A stretch of DNA of 64,000 bases, from assembly GCA_024137785.1 (NCBI GenBank), contig JAHRHZ010000020.1, forward strand, positions 57,712,903-57,776,902, written 5' to 3'. Positions 39,556 through 50,900 of this stretch are shown one piece after another. Made by a program: the position numbers and the translations under genes. The notes under the pieces are model-generated. The model searched no databases, was not told the origin of the DNA, and saw nothing but the letters and a program-made list of their open reading frames with translations. Source of the stretch: Ginglymostoma cirratum. Its lineage: Eukaryota. Positions within the stretch are counted from its first letter, which is position 1, and every line of letters begins with the position of its first letter.

Positions 39556-39760
39556 TAACAAGCGTGGGGCTGGATGAACACAGCAGGTCAGGCAGCATCA
39601 TAGGAGCAGGAAAACTTGACGTTTCAGCCTAGACCCTTCATCAGAAATGGGGGAGGGGAAGAGGGTTCTGAAATAAATAGGGAGAGAGGGGGAGGTGGAT
39701 AGAGGAGAGGATAGGTGGAGAGGAGGCAGACAAGTCGAAGAGGTGGGGATGGAGCCAGTT
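39556..39760 (-). mobile_element. Young 205-bp Penelope family B fragment with 9-bp TSD and intact hammerhead core
   Basis: aattagagg occurs at 39547-39555 and 39761-39769. The minus strand reads atttCTGATGAagggtctaggctGAAACGTCaagt. Near-identical to 24935-25150. Confidence 0.85.
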
Positions 39761-40032
39761 AATTAGAGGCCCTACTGAATGCAGATAAGTGCTTTTCGTC
39801 CAAAGTCATCTCGCTTCAGGGCTCAAGCTTTGTTTTCCCAAGTACACATTCAAAAGTAACCGAAGATTTGAATATTCAAATGTAGTTTCTCTTGGCTGTG
39901 TAATACTGATGTTAAACAGTTTCTTTGTATATGTGCGGATGGTGGAATGCTTATAGGCTCCCGACCTCTCCCCTGCGCCCCCTTCCCTTTTCCAACAAAC
40001 AACATTCAACTATTCCGTTATATCAACTCATT

Positions 40033-40533
40033 ACAGGAAAGATGTGGAGGTGTTGGAAAAGGTGCAGAGGAGATTTACCAGGATGTTACCTGGAATGGAG
40101 GGAAGGTCTTACGAGGAAAGGTTGAAAGAGCTGGGGCTTTTCTCTTCAGAATGACGAAGGATGAGAGGTGACTTGATAAAAGTGTACAAAATAATCAGAG
40201 GTATAGATGGAGTAGACAGCCAGAGACTTTTTCCTCGGGTAGAGGTAGCTATTACGTGGGGGCATAGTTTTAAATTTGAGCGGAGGTAGATACAGGGGAG
40301 ACGTCAGAGGTAGGCTCTTTACGCAGAGTGGTAGGGGCGTGGAATGCATTGCTGGAGAGGGTAGTGGAGTCGGCCTCATTAGGGGCATTTAATCTGCTAT
40401 TAGATAGGCGTATGGATGATAGTATAAGATAGGGGTGGAGGTTAGGTAGACCTTAGGATTAGGGTAGAAGTTTGGCACAATGTCGTGGGCCGAAGGGCCT
40501 GTAGTGTGCTGTGCTGTACTGTTCTTTGTTCTA
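40033..40533 (+). mobile_element. CR1 LINE 3' fragment, relatively young
   Basis: [54 protein letters not shown]. Tail tgtactgttctttgttcta. Confidence 0.9.
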
Positions 40534-41319
40534 CGGTGTTTTTAGTTGGATTGCATAACATCGGGAACTTTGAACTCAAAGTTATACAGAGATACTTCAG
40601 ATTCCTGACTCTGAATTTACTGTATCGTGTGGTTGAATTATCTGAAACATCTAGGCTACTTGGTTGTTTCTGTCAGGATGTATTGAAGCCATGTATGGGA
40701 CATGTGTTCACCCTGTTTGAAGTTTCAGAACAAGCCCAAGTGTTGGTGGAGAGGAAATTCCCAAGTAGTGCCTTCCTCAAACAATGGCAAGGCTGTCAGT
40801 GTGGTCTCTGTGGAGTTCTGTATTCAATTTGGTCATTGCAGTTGTCATACTTATTTACTTGACTGCGTATTGATGTAGGCATGCGTAGTGAAATTGTAAC
40901 AAATCTTGTCAGGCTTTAATGCTTCAAAAAAGTATTGATTTTTAATGGAAATTCTAGTCTAACCAGACAACTGCTGTCAGTGGTACAATAATGAGCCTAT
41001 TTCATGTACATCCATCCTGATTTTCTTTTTAACTGGCTTTAGTGGGAATACTTAAACAGTACCTTTTTAAAATAAAGTTCGAATGGGTAGTTTTGAAAAC
41101 TACCCTTGCTGAGCATAATACAGACTACTACTAGCCAACTGCAAACACCTCTTTGAACATTGAATTCTTGCAGTATGTCTTCCATGGTTTAGAAATCATT
41201 CTGTTCCAATCTTGAGCTCACTGGGAAGTATGAATAACTCCGAGGTTCCACAAGGTGTCAACCATCTGCTCAAGACAGTCAATGTGACACATACATAGCA
41301 GCCCGCCCCCTCAGCCCTT

Positions 41320-41690
41320 GCCAGATGCACTGCCTGGTGTCTTGCTGAGTTATACAGAAGGAGGTTCACTTACCAGCCTGAGTCATGCTGGCTGATCTTG
41401 GCCAGCAAAGCAGATTATTAAAACAATTGGTCTTGCTGTCCTTTTTTTTTTTTTCCCCCCAAAGGTTTTAAAACAAAAACTGCTCTCATTCTTGTCCCTC
41501 TGTGTTAATTGATTGCAACTGCAACTTGGTTCTGTGAAGGTAGAATAAAGATCCAGTCAGCTGTGAAACTCTGTAGGCAAACAACCTGTCCACCCTTCAT
41601 GTGGACTGTGTGATTTAATAGCGATTTGGGTTTGTTAGCATCTGAGAGATTTACCCGAAGCACAAGTCGCATTTGAGTAAAGATGGGAGA
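41320..41690 (+). mobile_element. LF-SINE-like relic
   Basis: gctgagttatacag...gctggctgatcttggcc...acaattggtct...cagctgtga...caacctgtc, degraded similarity to LF-SINE as recalled. Confidence 0.4.
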
Positions 41691-42342
41691 CGTGCAGATT
41701 AGAACCTGGTCAGGCAGAGGACGCTGGGAGAAAGTCTTTGGTTAAAATGGAAGAGAAGGCAGGTGTCACTTACGTAATATTTTATCTAAAAATACTGTCC
41801 TCCCTCTTCAACTTACCACAACCTTAACCTTAACAAAGCAATCTTCTCACTTCTGTTACTGCCACATGCACTTCTCTAGCAACTTTGAAACTCCAACCCC
41901 TTCCTTCTTCCAACTGCCACAACTCATTTTTCAAATTCTTAACCACAGTTAGTGTCACTCACCTAGCATCCTTTCCTCACTAATCAACATGGCACCGACT
42001 TGCTCCAAACTAATTGGCCTCCTGTCTGCATGTGCTACCAACCAACTATTCCAATAGTCCTATTTCGTTCTTCATTCCAGACTCCCTTAGCTGCACTATG
42101 GATAGCTGAATGTTTGTCTCAGCCATGCTCTGAGGTTTCTTAGAATTGCTTGATTTATTTTCTTTCTCATCAGTCATCTGCCCCCCCCCACCACTTCCCC
42201 TTTCACTGAGTTTGCAGAATTGGCAGCCAATGACAGGCTCAGATGAATTCTGATACCACTGTTGTTTGGTGTGATAAATGGCAGTGCCAGTATTTCTGCT
42301 GTGATGTGATATACAGGGGTATTATATACTTGCAATATAAAA

Positions 42343-42938
42343 ATAATTGCTCAGTTGTACAGAGCTTGCTTTGAGAAAAGAGGCTGTCAAAGCTTTTGCC
42401 TTGCATGCATCAGGACAGAGACAATGCCAAATTTTCAAGTGGAGCAATGCTTTATGCTACATGAGGGAAAAGTTTTGTTGGCAAGTTGGCTCTGAGGTGT
42501 TGCCAAGGAAAACGGCCCAGGTATTGTTTTGTTCAATTCAAAAGAGATGCAGCGTCTGGACATTTCCTTTTTCCTGCAGAGGATGGGTCTCTGTAAGTGA
42601 GCCACATTGCAAGCCTGTCTGATCTTAAATTGGTTGTTTAATAATTCTACCTGTTGTGAAAATCTGTGTGGTTTGTCATGTGATCCACCGGCCTTCAGGA
42701 TGTGCAGCCTGACCTGGTCCAGAAATAGACCTTTTTATTTCCTGAGCCAAATAGGGACATGGTCGACTACAGCTCCCTGGTGCATTTTCCATTATGCCTC
42801 CACTGATGAGTTGACTTGCCAATCAATGAGCAGCTTTTTTGGCAATTTCATTTGTTGCTCTCTTTAATTTGGTGTTCTCGAGTCTGTCTTCATGAGTGCA
42901 AGATGAAAATCTTAACAGCATGTCTCTCTTTCCTTTCC
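42343..42938. mobile_element. Penelope-derived inverted two-arm element (family C) with 12-bp TSD
   Basis: tgcaatataaaa occurs at 42331-42342 and 42939-42950. Both ends carry a decayed ctgtc-CTGATGA-gtgcaagac-GAAA-agctt-gacag motif in opposite orientations. The internal minus strand encodes a NNQFKI..ACNVA-like GIY-YIG remnant. Confidence 0.7.
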
Positions 42939-45113
42939 TGCAATATAAAAGTAGCTTCAAAGAGAATTCCTTTAGCATGTTAACAAGACCAGGGAGGACT
43001 CTTATGCAATTTAGTCAGAAGGAGCCCTGAACAAGCTGCCTTTTGCTGTTAGGAAGGGAGCCTTTGCGTTCTTGACCAAACTGGTTATGCCCATTATAGC
43101 CCAAGTTGCATCTCCATTAATTTAAGGTTCTGTATACAAATGTGAGCATGCGCAGGCAATTACTTTGAGGTTATTGGCTGACCTGTAGCATGTCAATTCT
43201 TGAGAGCTCCTCAAATGGCGTTGTAAATGTCAGGTGGAGCACTTTTCAAGCATACAGCTGTTGAAAACCTGCTCAGTTCAAATTTCCTTTCTTTGATTTG
43301 TGTTCAATTTGCAATGTGACCAAGGTTTAAATAAAGCACTCTTGACCACTATATCATCTGCATTCTTAGAAATAAATTATGTTCTCTGACTTCAGTTATT
43401 TCTTATGACTGTTATTCCAGATGATAAACATACTTTTGGTGGTTGTAGCCAAGCAATCTGTTCATTTAATTACTTAAGTAGTTAGCTCTCAACCAAATCA
43501 TGATTAGAACCTGCAGTTTGTGACTGAATAACTTAATCTGTTTTATGGCATCTACAGGAATTGAATTTGACCTTTCTGAAGCCACTGTGCCATCGGCTTC
43601 GATCAAAAGCTCCCCTCCTAACTATTAATGATTTTCAATAAAATAAGCTAGTTAGAAAGCAAGGCTCGAGCTACTAAGGCTAAAAGTGACTGCATAAATA
43701 TTGAGGTAAATATACATATATTGATTAACTAATGCAAAGGAAGGATTGCAAAATGAAGACAGTGTTAACTGAAAGGTCAATCTTGGAGGTGGTGATATTA
43801 TTCAAGGGATATGTTTACTTGTTTTAATTCAGTTAATTTCCCATGAGGCGATGAAGAACAGCACCAGCTGACCTACACCTACCCTCCCAATCAACTCCTT
43901 TGGTGTTGATCTGTGGGAGGAAGTATATAGAGCAGATGAGCTGTAGATATTTCTAACCAACCTATTCAAACATGTTATGGCGTACTTCTGTAGCAGGTGA
44001 TACCTGATCATGGGACTCCTGACATAGTGGTAGGGACACTACCACTGCAACACAAGAACCCCATGTGGATAACCGGTACAAATAATGAAATTATCAGCAA
44101 TTGTTAATTTGAGGTAACTGGACTATCATGAAATTGAAATAATGCTGACGTGTTGACACACTGGTCCCAATGTGTACATAATTTGAACAGATTAAAATTA
44201 GGTTGTTTTGTAGGATTTCCAAAGCTCTGCCCCTGTTTGAGAGGCAGACAGAAAGGAGTGACTGGAGATAATGTCATTCGATGGACAGGACTTTCTGTTC
44301 ACTATCAGGCCTTGTGGTAAAGATTTTTCTTTCAACACTTGCTCTGAATTTATTTTCTTTACTTTCTATTCCCTCTTCGAACATCCAGAAACTGTTGATG
44401 GAGCTGTGATTTGCTTTTTCCAACCATGGTGACATTGCAGGATTAACAGAATGAATCTTGGGGTTGGATGTTAAATTGGTTTCAATGAATATTGTAAAGA
44501 AAATGCATGTTAAAACCTGCAGAGCCCAAAGTTTATGCAGGAAACCACTTGACTTCCTAATTGCCTCATAAATGTTTTTTTTGCATTTGCTTCTGGCTTT
44601 GTCATGTCAGTGGCCTGCAGGTATGTTGATTTAAGTAAACAAAGGCTTAGAGTTCAGGGAGGAATCTTTATTGTTAGGACTGTGACCAAGGGATTTTGGA
44701 AGTAAGAATTCACACTGGGCCAGAGCAATTTTCATGTACCCAAGACTAGAAACAGGATACAGGGGATGTGAATGTGTTGCAGTGGATGGGATAGAAATGG
44801 GATCCAGGGATTATGCAACAACCTATGGAGACTGAGTGCGCAGAATATGATGAGTGTAATGAAATGGAGAATGGACAAACAAGTGATCTCTCGTGCAAAA
44901 CTGAAACAGTGAGCAGGGCAATGGCAAGTATGAGAACCCTAGTAGTAATAATGGAAATGCCCCCTTTTAATGTGAGCAAATCGAATGAATGTGGGCTAGT
45001 GAGTACAAGACCCCTTAAGTGGCATGGAGTCAAGACCAGTAAAAGTCCAAAAATAATCTGGCAATGCCCAGTTAATTTTTGCTTTTCCTTTTATTTTATT
45101 TTATTTTTTTCAG

Positions 45114-45320
45114 ACAGCAGCAGTAATGTGGCAAGTTTAAATGTGAAAGAGTGGCAGGATGGTCTACGGGCACTGTTACCAAATATTAACATCAATTTTG
45201 GGGGACTACCAAATGCTGCTTCCTGCTCTTCAGTGAACCATGCAGCACCAACCTCATCCAACAGCACCAGCCTGAACTGGGAGAGTGGGAGTGGCTGGAT
45301 GGACCCAGCAATTATAACAG
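45114..45320 (+). CDS. CNOT4: CNOT4 penultimate coding exon (207 nt, phase 1-1, skippable in frame)
   Basis: Long T-rich tract + cag|ACAGC acceptor and ACAG|gtgagg donor. It translates as DSSSNVASLNVKEWQDGLRALLPNININFGGLPNAAS...SLNWESGSGWMDPAIIT, matching the CNOT4 KEWQDGLRALLPNININFGGLPN block, and is in frame with the upstream exon. Confidence 0.95.
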
Positions 45321-46299
45321 GTGAGGCCAACAGATCATCTCCATTCAGCTCACTCCTTTTACCCCTGTACAGACCCAGTCTGGATCCAGTGGTTCAAACT
45401 TGAACTACAACCAAATATAAAGAAGCCATACTGATGGGCAGAATGATCACAGATTTTGATGTTCAGCTTTGAAATTGGAATCTGTATCCATCATTTTTGG
45501 GTGTTGCTGGGATCAGATGAGTAATACTGCAGAAAGTGGAGCTTCTACTCCTGTTACCTTATCCACGGTCATCTTTGTGATTCCTGGTGTTAGGAAGTGT
45601 CCTGTCAGTGAACCAGGTTCAAACCAGTCCTGACTGAATCCCCATGTTTAATAGTGTGTTTAGGGTCATTTTGACTCAGCAATTTGTAGCGCAGGACGCA
45701 TTGAATCAGTTGTTCAGTTCACTGTTGGATTTCTGGTCATTGTTTACAGTGAAGTGTCATAACTTTGTGAAGTACTCTGCAAGAGGTTTGGAGACTTCTC
45801 TTCCATCCTCTCTGGCAGGAGAGGATATTTGAGCTGATGTGAAAGGCTGGCTGGGTTCAGGTCTGCCACTCATTGGAAAAGTCTTGGCTTCAGTTGGAGG
45901 TGTTGAGTCAATATTCCATGAAATGCGCTTAACATCCATTTCCCCCTATACTCTCTTGCTTCCTATGCTGTCAATGACCTACCACTTACACAAACTGGAA
46001 CTGAGTTGAGAATGGGACTAAAACTGAACTACAGTAGTCTTCAGAAATTCTGTAACAGGCACCCTGTACAATTGAAGGAAACTTGCTAGACTCCTTTAAA
46101 ATATAACTATACAGAAATTGTCTTAGGTTCAGTCAAATTTGGTTAAGAAGCATTACTGTCCTTCATAGAAAGCAGCTTCTTTCTGACAAGTATTGAGGCT
46201 CAAGGATAGACCAAAGCTAAAGCTTGCTGAAGATGTACACTCACTAAACTTTGACATCGGCCATGGATGTTGCTGGTACATAAGAGATTTGTTGAATTA

Positions 46300-46620
46300 T
46301 TGTTTCAAATTCCACACTGGGAACTTGAATACATCCTAGGCTATCACCAGTGTACCACTGAGGAAATGTTGCACTGTTCTGCCCAACCTTCCAGAGTAAG
46401 TTAACCAGAACCCTGTCAAGCCTTTTAAGTTGGTATCAGGTCTCATTGCATGGTTTAGAAGTACTCGCAGTATTTAGTCTCATTAAAGCTGTAAGCTTAT
46501 CATTGTATCAGTGCTGTCTGTGAAACTTTAGTATAGACAAATTGTTTGGATTTCTACAGTACAACATTTACCATGCTTGCGAAGTGCTTTGGGACATAGT
46601 GTGAGGTGCTAACTTTCTTA
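46300..46620 (+). mobile_element. DeuSINE (SacSINE1/AmnSINE1-like) relic
   Basis: ccagtgtaccactgaggaaatgttgcactgt (Deu core) and tail aagtgctttgggacat. Confidence 0.55.
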
Positions 46621-47939
46621 AAGTCCTTTTGTACTTAATGCTCGTTAAACAGAGCCATTTATGTAATAGTCTAGTTTACCTAAGCTGCCCCATTCTCTGA
46701 TTGCAAGGCCTGAAAAATGTGCCAATTAGGTGTGGGAAGACTTTTCCCAACATTGATAAGCTGGCTTTATTAAAGATGGCCATCGTGATACATCCACAGC
46801 TGTTCTGTCGTTATGCTCCTGACGTACAGCGGTGCTGAAGAGTTGTCCTTTACTTTCAATATCAATGGGAGTTGTTAGAAAATACTCTTTAAAATATTCT
46901 AATTCATGTTGCAAGGCCTCCCCTCCAGCGATTTACGCAAAGATTTTTGCTAGCAATAAATTTGGTGTACTTCAGCCTTTTGATTTGCATTCTTGCATCT
47001 GCATCTGCAGTATAGCCAAACAGAAGACAATATCAATATGCAAACTGCATCTTGGCTGTAAGGTTTATGAATACAGCTTAGCCTGAACTATTTGTAGCAG
47101 GCTGTTGAATGGAAGTACAAACGAGTTGAGATTTTTCAGCTTCTTACCACCTGGTGTTGCTGTTGGTCACATGCAGTCTTTGAGTCACTGGTTTACCCAG
47201 CTGGCTATTGTTTTGTTTCAGTCTGGGATCTGCAGCGCAGCTGAACAGATAACAGTCTGACCCCGAGCTGATTTCTAGGAACCTCTGTTAGGGAATGGTC
47301 AATCTTTGGGGTGTCTGACTCCTTCACTTGGTTGGGCGATGTGTCTGTCTCCTCCTCCCTTGCCAGATGTGTGGCTGTTTTGCTTTTGGCTTTTTTTAAT
47401 CTCTTGTTTTGCGCTCCTATCCATTATTCGTTGTTTAACCATTGAGTTTGTACAAGTTTGGCAATACAATTATGGCAATGCAGCCATTTTTGACTAATGC
47501 TGGAAGTACTCAGCATGTCACGCAACATGTATCAAGAGAAGTGGAGTTCATGTTTCAGATTAGTTACCTCAGTCATCTTGGATCCATTTTGAAAGTAGGG
47601 TCTTTTAATGATAACTAACTGCACACTTGTCTGAATGCTTCTTTTTAAATTGGATTCTTTGTCAGAAAGAACATGTCTTTGTTAGTCATCCTCAAAATAG
47701 CTGACACAACATGGGTATTGCTGTGGTGACACAGTTTTAGCCACTGCACTAATTATAGTAGAAAATGTTTTGCAGATATAGACCAGGCAGATTACGGGTA
47801 TTGATAGCACGGTTTGACATTATTTTGTTTTAATATCCTTCATTTTTTTTTTTTTTTTTTTGTTTTTTGTTTTGCATCATTTGTTTTTAATTATAGCATC
47901 ATTTTTGCATTGTCTGTATGTGTCACCATATCTAATCAG

Positions 47940-47981
47940 CGTCCAGTCCAGTCCAGTCCTGTCCTGCCCTACCCTACCTAC
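47940..47981. repeat. Degenerate pentamer microsatellite (GTCCA/GTCCT/CCCTA)
   Basis: gtccagtccagtccagtcctgtcctgccctaccctaccta. Confidence 0.8.
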
Positions 47982-50900
47982 ATGCCAGACGTGGGTGTGG
48001 GCAAGGTGTTTTACCTTTAGGGCTTGCTTCCTGACCTCCCCTTTGGCCCTTGCCTCCCTATCGGACCATATTGTTCCTTCTGGGACTCATTCTCTTCCAG
48101 TTCTCAGTTTTTAGTCCAGCATCTGCAGTTCTTTAGTTTTAGTAATTTTTCGTTTTCAGGTTTAGTTTTCCCTTCAGTATTGGCTCTGCCCATTGATGCT
48201 TGCTTCCCTCCAGAACTTGAATGGAGATCCTGAGATCTGCGCTGGTGCCACTAGATGGGGTCTGGGCAATGTAATGTTACAGGAATTTAGATTTTGTTTA
48301 TTTTGAATTTGTTTTATCTTGCCAATTATTTCATTCACCAATGTAGGCATTTACAATTTTTTAGGTACAGACAGTGCTGTAATTCAGCTTAGAAGGTTCA
48401 TGTGTACATGTTAACTTTTTCTAAAGGATTGCTGTACGGAACCTAACCCGAGTGTTAACAGGAATCAATGCTTCGCTTAGTCACAGCCTTCAGCCCAACT
48501 TCAAGTGCCAACGCCCTGTGGATAATACACACCTACCCCAATTCAATACAAAACCCTTTTAATAAAGTTTAGAATTCAGTAGCTGATGAGGTACCAACAT
48601 TTTCATGCAGCTTCTTTGTTTTTAAACCCAGCAGTTGTGCGAAACTTCTGTGTTCATCAATTGCCACAGTGGCTCGTGATTCATAGCATGAGGTTTTCCA
48701 GATCCATCCATCTAGAACACTTTCCATTCATGACCAGCTTCACTGTCCTGCCACCACTATTCCCTGTGCTCTCCACACACCTTATTCCCTGGCTCTCTAC
48801 CCATGCTGGTCCACTGTGTAATTGGAGCTGTTGGCTGTTCGGATCAATCAAACCCATCACAATAGCTGCTGTCTATATTGCTGATATTTCTGTGATGATG
48901 TTTGGAACTTTCACCTGCTACACATCATTTTGGTGAATAAATTAAGCAGGGGAGTCAAGCCCATGTAACAAGGAAGAAACATTTGCACTTTGCTATTCAT
49001 CTTAGTTTGATCAACAGCTGTACAATAGGGTCGCATTCGCATGCATAGGTCATGCAACTGAGTGTTGAGATTATTGTATTGTCAACAGTATTATCATTTA
49101 TTATCATTTCAATCTGTGTAGCAGCCAAGATATTAAGCAGTATCTTCACAAATTTATATATTCTTCACTTATCCTATTCAGTTTTGTTGAGTTTTCTGTG
49201 GGTTCTTTCCTGGTTATTGATTATATGGCAGGGTCAGGCAATCTAGCTAGTTTCTGTCTTTAGTCAGTTCTGAGTTAATTCCACCCAAACTAGGGTATTG
49301 TACTGGACATCAACATGTAGTTTGCAAAATAATCCCCTACAGGTGAAGCATACTTTGGAAGAGCACAGTTTGGGCAAAATTGGACCTGGTGGTTATGCCC
49401 TCAAGTGAAATAGCCTTCTCACAGTTAGAATTTGACAGAATCACTTTTGAAAAGGAAATTAGATATATAGCTGAGAATTTCTGCTGCTTTTGTGAAGAGA
49501 ATGGGCAAGGGGTTTGTCTTATTTACTCTTTGAAAGAGCCAGCATAAGCTGGCCAAATGAGCAAGTTCACTGTTATGTTTCTAGGAGCAAGCAACGTCTG
49601 AAAGTTGTGGAGAGAAATCTATGGAAAAAGAATTCAAGTATGGCAATGTATTTCTCATCCAAGGTTTGTCAAAATTTCAGGTGAAGGAACAAAATGTGAG
49701 GCTGCAGGACATGGGCAGGACTTGTTAACTGTCTTTGGAACATTCAAATCTCTGTAGAATTACATGCAATATACAGCACCCGAATAGACCATTCTTCATT
49801 TTATTCTTCAGTCAGTCTTGTCCCCTCCTGACTAATCTCATTCTAGAATACAGAACCATCCATTTGGAGCTTTTGTCAAGTAAATTGCAGGGCCTCTGAA
49901 ACCTTGTTCTTTTACGGAATGCTGCTTGCTGAAGCCTGAACAAGAAGAAATCTGGCTTTTAGGATGTACCTGTCAATTCTGTGATGAATTTGAGAGTTTG
50001 TATAGTTAACCAATACTGCAAGAAAATGCAATTAGGGAGTTGAGTTTTTATTTCCCTTTGGGGTTCATATTTGGGAAATTCTGCCTTTTTTTTTTTAATC
50101 ACAGCTGCTCCTGTGTATCTATGTTGCTATATATTTGAATTGATTCCTTATTGTGGACTGTCCAACTAGAGTTGACAGCTGATATGCTTGGGATTGCCTT
50201 GTCCTGTGAGAGAGAAGGATGAGCAACATTAGATTACAGTGACTTGACCTGCGTCAAACCCAGTCAATGGCTGTTTGGCTCCTTCCATAACTCAGCAACC
50301 AAAACTGGAGTGTTTAGAGAGCGAATCAAACTTTCTCTGCCTGCTTGCTTGTTTCTTTGATATGAAACTGCTTATTTTACTGCAGTGCAAATTGTCTGAA
50401 GCAGTTAGAGAAATTTGTAGAATTAAATGGAATAGACAGTATGAAGAGGGCAATTCATCCCAGCCAGTCTGTCTCTGCTCCAGTTGAGCCTTCCATCAAT
50501 TCTCTCAAAAAAACGCCCTCAACATTGCCCTCCCAGTCAAATATTTAAATAGACTCCTTAAAACCATCTGTATTGGTCACCTTGGCTTTTCCTTGCAGCT
50601 GTCAGTTTCATATTTTTAGTACTAAGTAAAGAGTCCATCTAATATTGATGACCACTAGTTTTGCTCTTCTGCACAAGTTGTAGAATTACATTCTACCTAC
50701 TGTATCAAAACCTTTTTTAAAGGGTTGTATATTAAGTTGCTTTCCAGCCATCTCGTTTCAAGAGAAACCTGTTTGATGCAATAAATTTTTGTAGTCCCAG
50801 TACTGATACAAGACATGGGTGAACCCAATGATCCCTACTTGTCCCAGTCTAATTGACTTGACTTCTTGTGATGGAGCAGTGTGTAATTTCCTTTATTTTG

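Noticed and set aside
44813-45113. 100-codon in-frame ATG-initiated extension upstream of the exon at 45114
   Set aside because: It runs through the T-rich polypyrimidine tract (FCFSFYFILFF) and has no CNOT4 similarity, so it is treated as intron open by chance.
48140-48233. Acceptor-like ttttcgttttcag followed by in-frame GLVFPSV...WRS*
   Set aside because: The tract derives from the tail of a decayed repeat, and there is no donor or nearby poly(A) signal.
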